64,000 nt of DNA from a virus (lineage: Duplodnaviria; Caudoviricetes): positions 64,001 through 128,000 of IMG/VR virus record IMGVR_UViG_3300029305_005443, one strand, 5' to 3'. Shown in pieces: positions 23,753 through 31,362 of the stretch. The number at the start of each line of letters is the position of its first letter. Position 1 is the first letter of the stretch. The notes under the pieces are model-generated. The model made no database searches and had not been told where the DNA came from. It saw only the letters and a program-made list of their open reading frames with translations. The translations under genes were made by a program, and so were the position numbers.

Positions 23753-24041
23753 AGTAGAATTGGAAGAAAAAAGAGCAATTATTTATCTACCAGAAAATTC
23801 TGTGGAAGCAACTTTTTTGCTTAAAGTGTATGACTCAGAAAAAGAAGGCTTAATTGAAGTTAAAAAAACTCTTGGATTAAGTGACCTTCGCAGGGCTTTT
23901 GAAGACGCTGAGTATAATTATATAGAAGATGATGATAAATTTGTCCTTACAGAAAAAGGAAGAGAATATGCAGAAGAGCTTAAGAAACGAGACAAGCTTT
24001 TCGATGAGTGTCTTAATCAGGTACCTTGGAAAAATATCTAA
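23745..24041 (+). CDS. hypothetical protein
   Basis: ORF with AAGGA SD. Confidence 0.65.
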   Translation: MSEVELEEKRAIIYLPENSVEATFLLKVYDSEKEGLIEVKKTLGLSDLRRAFEDAEYNYIEDDDKFVLTEKGREYAEELKKRDKLFDECLNQVPWKNI

Positions 24042-24358
24042 TTTTAAACTATTATGTTAGAAATTATTAATTTCATAATTCATAGTGATTGCATTTATAG
24101 GGTGCATTATTTTAATGTAAGTTATTGCAGATTGGATTTTTGAAAAAGTTAAAGAAAATATGGAATAATTGTTGACTTCTATTGCACTGCATTGTATAAT
24201 AATAATTACAAAAGGAGGTATTATTATGATTACATTGTTAATGAGTTTGGTCAACACTAACCCTTATAATGGTCCTATTTGGTTTGGGGCTATTTCTGAT
24301 TTTTTCATTGTTCTAATGATAGTTTATATGTGCGTAATTAGTAGAAAGAATAAAAACA

Positions 24359-24577
24359 ATGAATGATTGGGTACCTGTAAAAGCCTCCCTCCCTTTAGAA
24401 AATGGGGACTATTTGGTAACAGATGAAATTGTATTAGACAAATATTCATCTCTTCGTTCAATAAAAATAGCATATTATCATATTGAATTTGGGTGGCTTG
24501 TTCACGATGCAGATAATTGTATAAAAGGTAAAGTTATAGCTTGGAAAGTTTTACCTACCGTTTACAATGGGGACTGA
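24359..24577 (+). CDS. DUF551-like protein
   Basis: WVPVKASLP...YLVT...VIAWKVLP. Confidence 0.65.
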   Translation: MNDWVPVKASLPLENGDYLVTDEIVLDKYSSLRSIKIAYYHIEFGWLVHDADNCIKGKVIAWKVLPTVYNGD

Positions 24578-25172
24578 TATGTATTACGAAGAAGAAGTTG
24601 TAGAAGCAATTGAGGAGAGCTTTGTAAGGTATCTTGAGAAAAAAGGGGCCAGTGTTTGCAGAAATTGTAAATATTGGTACAGAAACTTAAAGGGTAGGGG
24701 AATTAGCCTTGATTGCCCTTGGAGAAACAGTGATGTGCCTAGGGCAATGGATTTTTGCAGTAGATGGGAATCAAAGGAGGAAAAAGAATGATGACCAATG
24801 CTGACAGAATCCGAGCGATGACAGATGAAGAGTTTGCATCTTTTCTTGCATTGACCGAATTAAAACATTATATGCAAAGTGACATTACTGAAGAACTCGA
24901 CAAAAGTTATGACAAATATATCAATTGGTTGAAAAAGGAGGCGAAAGAGTGAGACTTCTGCATATTGTATTTGAATATCGTGACGAGCACTCGGACGAAA
25001 ATTGGAATAGGCAGGAATGCTATGTGTCGTCCGTTAAAGAGTGCAAAGACATTTACGGACTTGGTATCGACTGTGAATATAGAATCATCAGTGTTAAGCA
25101 GGTTTAATTATGCATGGTGATTAAAATCATAGTCCTATATTGATTTAATCGTGAATGATGAGGAGGAGGAAA

Positions 25173-26204
25173 ATGTCCATTAAAAATAAAATAATTTTAT
25201 CCGTTGTTATTGTTGCACTTGTTGCAGGATTTATGCTTTCTGGTATTCTAATCGGAAGGTCCTGCTCAAATACAACAAGAGAACATCCAGATATTGAAAT
25301 AGAAGAAACAACTGAAATCCCAACTGGTTCAGAATATGAAACTACCGAAGAGCCTACGACAGTATGGAGCGATGGAACAACTGAGGCAGACATTCCTGTT
25401 GAACCAGTAACCGGTATAATTGAGATTGACCCGTCTGCTGCAAAGACAATGTATACTATTACGAATGTGAATGTACGCATGGGCCCGAGCTTGGACGATA
25501 TGATTGTTACAACTCTCTATACAGGAAAAGACATCCAAGTTTGCGAAATTGGAAATGATGAGTGGGCCATTGTAATCTTAGACGAGCAATACTATTACAT
25601 CAATAAAAACTTTATTTCTGATACTCCGCCCGCAACGGAACCACCTGCGACTATGGCGCCGACAGCTACCCCTACACAACCATCGGCGACACCGACACCT
25701 TCTACACCAGTCAACAAAACAGATGCCTTCCATTATTATGGGATTTATACAAGTCAGTACTGGCATTTTACCCCTGAGCAGATCGACGCCCAGTGGGCCG
25801 GTTATAAAAGTTATAAGCCCGCTCTGCCTAACGGCACAACTCGTGCTTGGCAAGCCTATTTGTATCAGAAATTAAGCGAGCGCGGTTATGGTTGGTGGTA
25901 TACTTATGCGTGCGCACAAGCTATGCAAGAGTCTGGATTTAATCCGTTAGCTGATAATGGAGTTGATTATGGACTTTTCTCATTCCGTTTACGCTTTTGG
26001 GATAATTCCTATGGCAGTGTTTACGATTATAAAGCAAACATCAATGCCTATGTAGATCGGATTAGTAAACATCTTATTGGTGTAACAACCGATAGAGATA
26101 TTTATATGGCTCTGTCGCAGCATTATCTGCCTGATGGACAGCTTCATATGAACTATGTTAATGCTGTGTTGGCGCGGCTTAACGAACTTTGGATTTGTGA
26201 CTAA
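25173..26204 (+). CDS. membrane-anchored SH3 plus lytic transglycosylase-like protein
   Basis: N-terminal hydrophobic helix, NVNVRMGPS SH3b-like motif, Pro/Thr linker, QESGFNP...YGLF. Confidence 0.7.
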   Translation: MSIKNKIILSVVIVALVAGFMLSGILIGRSCSNTTREHPDIEIEETTEIPTGSEYETTEEPTTVWSDGTTEADIPVEPVTGIIEIDPSAAKTMYTITNVNVRMGPSLDDMIVTTLYTGKDIQVCEIGNDEWAIVILDEQYYYINKNFISDTPPATEPPATMAPTATPTQPSATPTPSTPVNKTDAFHYYGIYTSQYWHFTPEQIDAQWAGYKSYKPALPNGTTRAWQAYLYQKLSERGYGWWYTYACAQAMQESGFNPLADNGVDYGLFSFRLRFWDNSYGSVYDYKANINAYVDRISKHLIGVTTDRDIYMALSQHYLPDGQLHMNYVNAVLARLNELWICD

Positions 26205-26205
26205 T

Positions 26206-26400
26206 ATGAAAATCAGTAAAGTCAACTTTGCAAGAGAATACGAGTTTGAACTTCCGTCTGCTGTGGAAGTTCCAGATGAGTTAATCAAGAAATATGAAGG
26301 TTACCCAAATGAACTTTTGCTCTATGTTTTATGCAAACTCATTTGTGAAAAACCAGATGAATTATTAAAAAGGCTTACACCAAATGACAGTAGTGTGTGA
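26206..26400 (+). CDS. hypothetical protein
   Basis: ATG directly after the previous stop. Confidence 0.55.
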   Translation: MKISKVNFAREYEFELPSAVEVPDELIKKYEGYPNELLLYVLCKLICEKPDELLKRLTPNDSSV

Positions 26401-26566
26401 TGTGCAATAGTGCAAATATAATCAAGCCGGAAAATTCTGTACGTGCGATATTCTAATGATGTACGGTGGAGTTTGTAGTAAATTAGTTGATAAGCAAGGA
26501 AGGCAAAGGCCGCCTTAGGAATGGGTAAATTTGAATTACTCTCCAAATCAAAATAAAGAAGAGTGA
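26384..26566 (+). CDS. small Cys-rich (DUF1540-like) protein, 2 in-frame TAG
   Basis: MTVVCDV*CKYN...FCTC...C; missed by ORF track. Confidence 0.55.
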
Positions 26567-26646
26567 TTTCATAAAAATTATTTGACAAATAAGGTTTATT
26601 GTTGTATTATAATTCACATGGGAAATAAAACAAAGGAGGATATAAA

Positions 26647-26985
26647 ATGTTCCCGTTGGAAAAATATAAGTATTATGTTGACGAAGAAGCCAGAACCGTT
26701 GTTGCTGTGCAAACTTTTGCCAAAAAGAAGTACCGTGGCATTGCCAAGTGCTCAAAAGAAGATGTGTTTGATGTAGAAAAGGGAAAGAAAATTGCAGCGT
26801 TAAAGTGCAATAAGAAAATCACTCAGGCACGGTTTGATTATGCTAAACTCAGATATGATGCTATTAGTCACTTTATTGAATCTGCAAAGGAAGATTTTAA
26901 GAAGTGGAGTGATTATCTGGTTATTTCTTATAAAGAGTATAATGAAGCTCTTGTAGAACTAGATAGAGTTTTGAAGGGTGAGTAA
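26647..26985 (+). CDS. conserved phage protein
   Basis: AAGGAGG SD, upstream TTGACA promoter; GIAKCSKEDVFDVEKGKKIA motif. Confidence 0.75.
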   Translation: MFPLEKYKYYVDEEARTVVAVQTFAKKKYRGIAKCSKEDVFDVEKGKKIAALKCNKKITQARFDYAKLRYDAISHFIESAKEDFKKWSDYLVISYKEYNEALVELDRVLKGE

Positions 26986-26987
26986 TT

Positions 26988-27410
26988 ATGTCTTGCATTA
27001 AGCTCAAAGTTAAAGACAAATCAATTTATTTTGGTGAAAATTCAGGGTTTTTTGGGTCAACTAGAATTCCAGGTAATATTATGGACAGATTAAATACTAA
27101 TATTGAGAAAGAAAATAATAACCATATTATAACTATTAATTTGTGTGATGATTATGGAATTATTGATGAATATATTAATCCATCGAGTGAAACTTTTAAC
27201 TTGAGCTATGATACATTAATCTCCATCCTTAATCACATTGGCCAAGTTCTTTATGCACCTTTTAAACACCTTAATTCAAAAACAAGTTCAATTTCAGAAG
27301 AAATTAATTTGATTAGAAACATTAGAACTAATTTTAACATTTTATCTTGGTTAGTTAAATATTTTGAACTTAATAAAAATGATGAAGTAAATATTACATA
27401 TAATTGTTGA
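26988..27410 (+). CDS. hypothetical protein
   Basis: ORF. Confidence 0.6.
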   Translation: MSCIKLKVKDKSIYFGENSGFFGSTRIPGNIMDRLNTNIEKENNNHIITINLCDDYGIIDEYINPSSETFNLSYDTLISILNHIGQVLYAPFKHLNSKTSSISEEINLIRNIRTNFNILSWLVKYFELNKNDEVNITYNC

Positions 27411-27435
27411 CAAAGCATAAATTATGTAATATAAT
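27406..27435 (+). promoter_or_regulatory. sigmaA-type promoter upstream of a small ORF and the suppressor tRNA
   Basis: TTGACA...TATAAT at about 17 nt spacing. Confidence 0.7.
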
Positions 27436-27748
27436 AAAATTATAAATTAATGGGAATTTAGATGACTGAAGTAAAATATAAAGTTGGTGACAAAACATTT
27501 TTAGAATATCCAGCTGCAAAGGAATATTCTTTACAAACTCACAATGAAATAAAAACAGAATACATTGAACATTGGAATTATAATTATAAAGAATATAATG
27601 AGGATATGATACACACGGCATCAAAAAATTAACCTCCTTTCTCAAAGATGCCCAAAAGAAATTTAACCAAGCATTTTCTCTGCTAAATTAAAAATTCATT
27701 TTTTGTTCCTTCTTGTCCTGCAGTTCTTTGTGCTTGTTTACATAATAT

Positions 27749-27836
27749 TCCCCCTTCGCCTAGTGGTAGGGCGCCGGTCTCTAAAACCGTTATACCTTTT
27801 GATGGGGTTGCCTGGGTTCAAATCCCAGAGGGGGTG
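27749..27836 (+). tRNA. amber suppressor tRNA (anticodon CTA), probably Gln
   Basis: TCCCCCT/AGGGGGT acceptor, GCCT/GGGC D-stem, CGGT-CT CTA AA-ACCG anticodon arm, 21-nt variable region, CTGGG-TTCAAAT-CCCAG T-arm, G73. Confidence 0.9.
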
Positions 27837-27841
27837 TTCAA

Positions 27842-27915
27842 TGGGATGTAGCGCAGCAGGTTAGCGCGTCGGTCTTATAAACCGCAGGTCATGGGTTCGA
27901 GTCCCATCATCCCTA
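27842..27915 (+). tRNA. tRNA-Ile(TAT)
   Basis: Cloverleaf; CGGT-CT TAT AA-ACCG anticodon arm; A73. Confidence 0.88.
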
Positions 27916-28018
27916 TTCAGAATCTTGGATGCAGTAGTTCTTATTAGAGAATGCTGCATATGCTCTAATTAAAACTCCGGGGTTCTGTAGACAAATCAAT
28001 TGGTAAAGGGTGCAAATT

Positions 28019-29239
28019 ATGCTGAATAAAAAGGGAGAAAGAGAGTTAGCATATCTTGTAAAAATAGATGACATTCAGCCAATTGTTGGCTCTGACAACT
28101 GCGAGTCCGCTGTTGTGGGGGCTTGGCATATTATGGTCAAAAAAGGTACATTTAGCGTTGGTGACGTTGCAATCTATTTTGAAATTGATTCTCTTCTTGA
28201 TATTACTAAACCAGAGTTTGCTTTTATGGAGAAATATAAAGGCAAAGTAAAGACTCAGCGTTATACTTTCGGCGGTAAAGGAAACTTTATTAGTCAGGGT
28301 CTTTTGATGCACCCGAACGATTTTGGTTGGGTTACTATTATTGATGAGAATGAAATTCAGTATGGTGTTATGACCAATACAAGTAAGCCTGATAGAACCC
28401 TCGATAATGAATCGCGGTTTCTTACAGAACTTCTTGGTGTTAAATATTATGACCCCGCCGATGAACAGAGAAAAGGAACTGGCAAAAAGAAACAGCCTGC
28501 TATGCCTAAATTCTTCTATATGGGAATTGGAAGAAAGATGATGAGAGTAAAATGGCTTAAGCCTATTCTCATTAAGATTTTTGGGAAGAAAGTTAAAGTG
28601 ACTCCCTGGCCTTATTGGGTTGTAAAGACAGATGAGGAGAGGGTTCAGAATATCCCAGATATTATACACCAAGAAGATAAATGGATTGCCACAGAAAAAA
28701 TTGATGGTTCTTCTTCTACTTATACTATGATTAGGCACGGTAAGAAATTTGAATTCTATATGTGTTCCAGAAATGTTGTCTTTACAAGTAAAGAAGATAA
28801 ATGTTATTATGATTCCAACATTTATGTTGAAATTGCTTCAAAATATCCATTTGAAGAAACATTGAAGAAGTACCTTATCGAAAATAAAGATGTTGATTGG
28901 GTTACAATACAGGGAGAAATCTATGGACAAGGTGTTCAAAAAAGAGATTATTCTATCGACCACAAGGACTTCGTCGCCTTCAATCTAATTGACTCAAAGA
29001 GGGGAAGGTGGAATTCTTGCGAGGCTAAAGAATGGCTTTCTCAATTTGGAATCCCGTTTGTCCCAATCCTTAATGACTCTTTTGAAATGCCGGATACAGT
29101 AGATGAACTTCTTGAATTCGTAAACGGAAATTCTGTGTTAGATGGAAAGCCAAGAGAAGGATTTGTTTTTAGAAGCAAAGACGGAATTAAGAGTTTCAAA
29201 GCTGTTAGTAATGAGTACCTTTTAAAATATCATTCATAA
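28019..29239 (+). CDS. RNA ligase (Rnl2/DRB0094 family)
   Basis: N-terminal OB-like domain, KTDEERVQN, TEKIDGSS (motif I), QGEIYG, REGFV, SFKAVSNEYL. Confidence 0.9.
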   Translation: MLNKKGERELAYLVKIDDIQPIVGSDNCESAVVGAWHIMVKKGTFSVGDVAIYFEIDSLLDITKPEFAFMEKYKGKVKTQRYTFGGKGNFISQGLLMHPNDFGWVTIIDENEIQYGVMTNTSKPDRTLDNESRFLTELLGVKYYDPADEQRKGTGKKKQPAMPKFFYMGIGRKMMRVKWLKPILIKIFGKKVKVTPWPYWVVKTDEERVQNIPDIIHQEDKWIATEKIDGSSSTYTMIRHGKKFEFYMCSRNVVFTSKEDKCYYDSNIYVEIASKYPFEETLKKYLIENKDVDWVTIQGEIYGQGVQKRDYSIDHKDFVAFNLIDSKRGRWNSCEAKEWLSQFGIPFVPILNDSFEMPDTVDELLEFVNGNSVLDGKPREGFVFRSKDGIKSFKAVSNEYLLKYHS

Positions 29240-29277
29240 ATTTTTAGAGAGTTGAGGCGGTGGATATACTCTCGTTT

Positions 29278-29350
29278 GTGTCTGTGGCACAGTGGACAGC
29301 GCAACGGACTTCTAATCCGTGGGTCGGGGGTTCGAATCCCTTCAGACACA
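29278..29350 (+). tRNA. tRNA-Arg(TCT)
   Basis: Cloverleaf, ACGGA-CT TCT AA-TCCGT. Confidence 0.93.
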
Positions 29351-29373
29351 ATTACAATTATGAATAAGTTTGT

Positions 29374-29460
29374 GGAGAGATGCCGAAGTGGACATAACGG
29401 CAATGACTTGAAATCATTTGTGTGAGAAATCACCCGAGGGTTCGAATCCCTCTCTCTCCG
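29374..29460 (+). tRNA. tRNA-Ser(TGA)
   Basis: GGAGAGA/TCTCTCC, long variable arm, CT TGA AA loop. Confidence 0.93.
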
Positions 29461-29507
29461 CTCGACGGGCTGTAAGCGTAGGATATTGATTATATCCGAG
29501 GCCCGTT

Positions 29508-29555
29508 AAGGCTCATACAGCAAAAGTTCTTTTGAGGGATAAAAGACGAGCCTTG
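29508..29555 (+). ncRNA. CAGCAA stem-loop RNA, copy 1
   Basis: AAGGCTC-ATACAGCAA...GAGCCTT-G. Confidence 0.65.
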
Positions 29556-29573
29556 TTTATAGTAAAAGGTTTT

Positions 29574-29659
29574 GGAGAGGTACCCAAGTAGGTGAAGGGG
29601 TCAGTTTGCTAAACTGATAGACCAGCAATGGTGCAAGAGTTCGAACCTCTTTCTCTCCG
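29574..29659 (+). tRNA. tRNA-Ser(GCT)
   Basis: GGAGAGG/TTCTCTCC, TCAGT-TT GCT AA-ACTGA, long variable arm. Confidence 0.93.
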
Positions 29660-29661
29660 TT

Positions 29662-29722
29662 AAGGCTCCTGCAGCAACTAATTCATGCCAGTAGCGTTCT
29701 GTCATTGGTTCAAGTCCGATAC
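29662..29722 (+). ncRNA. CAGCAA RNA, copy 2 (5' half plus T-arm, abutting tRNA-Ala)
   Basis: AAGGCTCCTGCAGCAA...TGTCATTGG-TTCAAGT-CCGAT. Confidence 0.5.
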
Positions 29723-29731
29723 CGAGTATAG

Positions 29732-29804
29732 GGGGCTGTAGCTCAGTTGGGAGAGCGCCTGATCTGCAATCAGGAGGCAGTGGGTTCGAACCCCATCAGC
29801 TCCA
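29732..29804 (+). tRNA. tRNA-Ala(TGC)
   Basis: GGGGCTG/CAGCTCC with G3:U70; anticodon loop TC TGC AA (C at position 33). Confidence 0.92.
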
Positions 29805-29886
29805 CTCTTGCAAAGGGCATAAATAGGAATCATGCGTAGGATTTTTCTGTTGGTCTTTTGCAACGAAAGAAAAAAGACCGAACCAG

Positions 29887-29970
29887 GCATAGGTGATGGA
29901 ACAGGTATACATAGAGGTCTTAAAAACCTCTGCCAGATATGGATTAAGGGTTCAAATCCCTTCCTATGCA
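29887..29970 (+). tRNA. tRNA-Leu(TAA)
   Basis: GCATAGG/CCTATGC, GAGGT-CT TAA AA-ACCTC. Confidence 0.92.
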
Positions 29971-30040
29971 CTTTGTTGAAAAACAAATGTTCTATAGAAA
30001 CTGTTTAGGATTGAGGGTTCGAGTCCGACACGAAGCATCT

Positions 30041-30124
30041 GCGAAAGTGGTGGAATCGGCAGACGCATCAGACTCAAAATCTGACGATAGAAATATCGTG
30101 TGAGTTCAAGTCTCACCTTTCGCA
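30041..30124 (+). tRNA. tRNA-Leu(CAA)
   Basis: GCGAAAG/CTTTCGC, TCAGA-CT CAA AA-TCTGA. Confidence 0.93.
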
Positions 30125-30320
30125 TAATTTATTAAAAAAGTTGTTGACAAATTTCTATTTTGTGATATATTGTATATAATGAAACACAAATAAAGGAAGT
30201 AGTTAATAATGTTTACTTTATTTTTAATTTGTTCAATGATTATTTCTTCTAAATCCAGAAGCAAAGAAGAGATTCTTCTCGAAGATATTGAACAGTTGAA
30301 ATCAATTCATAAATAAAATA

Positions 30321-30394
30321 CGGGGCGTGGCTCAACTTGGTAGAGCGCGCGGTTTGGGACCGTGAGGTTGTGGGTTCAAATCCCGCCGCCCCGA
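30321..30394 (+). tRNA. tRNA-Pro(TGG)
   Basis: CGGGGCG/CGCCCCG, TT TGG GA loop. Confidence 0.94.
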
Positions 30395-30950
30395 CTGGTA
30401 TATGAGTTCATGGTAACACTCAGTATACCAAGTGCAAAGGTACCCCCACTTACGAAACGTACCTTAGAACAGGATAATGCAAGGGATAAACTGTTCAACA
30501 CTTTTTTGTGGTGATATTAAATGGACACCTCTGATAGCGACTAAAAACTGTAGCCAAGTGCAAGGTTCAACTCCTTGAATATCACCTTAGAGGTGTTATG
30601 AGCCCCAGTCGAAAAATCATAGGTAGATTCCTTCCTGAACAGAATAGCAAGCCGAGGCCCGGGCACGTCAAGACAGGGCTGGTTTGGGGATTGTACCACA
30701 AATCCTTCGCTGAGAACTCCGGCGTCCAATGAGTTTCAGCGGTGCCACCCCGCTTATGGCTGACTACCAAGGTGGTATATATTTACTTGGGACTTATAGG
30801 GTCTAGTCCCCCCAACTTATGGTGAGACTTCCCACCTTAAGAGAAGCGCATCAGTTAAGGGATGCATAGCCTTAACAACAACCTATCCCCAATAAGCGAT
30901 GAGCCGTAGGTTGGTTTAAGTGTTGTATAACGAAAAGGGATAAGACACAC
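30395..30950 (+). ncRNA. structured non-coding tract (multiple hairpins, tRNA-like element, pseudoknot)
   Basis: No credible ORF, GC-richer than flanks, successive inverted repeats. Confidence 0.55.
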
Positions 30951-30954
30951 ATAA

Positions 30955-31026
30955 TGCCCAGTAGCTCAATGGCAGAGCATCCGGCTGTTAACCGGAGGGT
31001 TGTAAGTTCGAGTCTTACCTGGGCAG
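30955..31026 (+). tRNA. tRNA-Asn(GTT)
   Basis: TGCCCAG/CTGGGCA, CT GTT AA loop. Confidence 0.94.
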
Positions 31027-31139
31027 TATCCCCGAAATAACTTTTGTGGTTTCATATTTCCGGGATATGTGCTTAATTATTTCAGTAGCAATAAAGGTAA
31101 GATAAGATTACCTCCTTTCTTTATCCGGAAACCACATTT

Positions 31140-31211
31140 GCCGCAATGGCTCAATGGCAGAGCAGCTCACTTGTAATGAGCAGGTTGATGGTTCGACTCC
31201 GTCTTGCGGCT
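31140..31211 (+). tRNA. tRNA-Thr(TGT)
   Basis: GCCGCAA/TTGCGGC, CT TGT AA loop. Confidence 0.94.
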
Positions 31212-31212
31212 T

Positions 31213-31337
31213 AGGCACTGACAGCATAATTTTTAGGACTGAAAATCTTAAGTTGTGCCTTGTTACTTTAAAAAGACGCTTGCAGCAATTACTTCTAAAC
31301 ATTTGAGTTGTAATCAAAATTGGTTAATGGCGTCTTG
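31213..31337 (+). ncRNA. CAGCA(A) stem-loop RNAs, copies 3 and 4
   Basis: AGGCAC-TGACAGCA...GTGCCT-TG (31213-31262); AAGACGC-TTGCAGCAA...GCGTCTT-G (31273-31337). Confidence 0.7.
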
Positions 31338-31362
31338 GTGCGTATTTAGAAAGAGGTTTGAG

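Noticed and set aside
27749-27836. Pyrrolysine or selenocysteine system
   Set aside because: No pyl or sel genes in the window, the tRNA lacks tRNA-Pyl features, and TAG positions align with Gln
27837-28010. HDV-like (theta) ribozyme 3' of the suppressor/Ile tRNAs, as reported for some recoded gut phages
   Set aside because: Only a simple hairpin (ATGCAGTA...TGCTGCAT) is visible; I could not build the nested double pseudoknot by eye. A motif search is still worthwhile.
29985-30040. Extra tRNA between the two tRNA-Leu genes
   Set aside because: Only a GGTTCGAGTCC T-loop remnant; no cloverleaf
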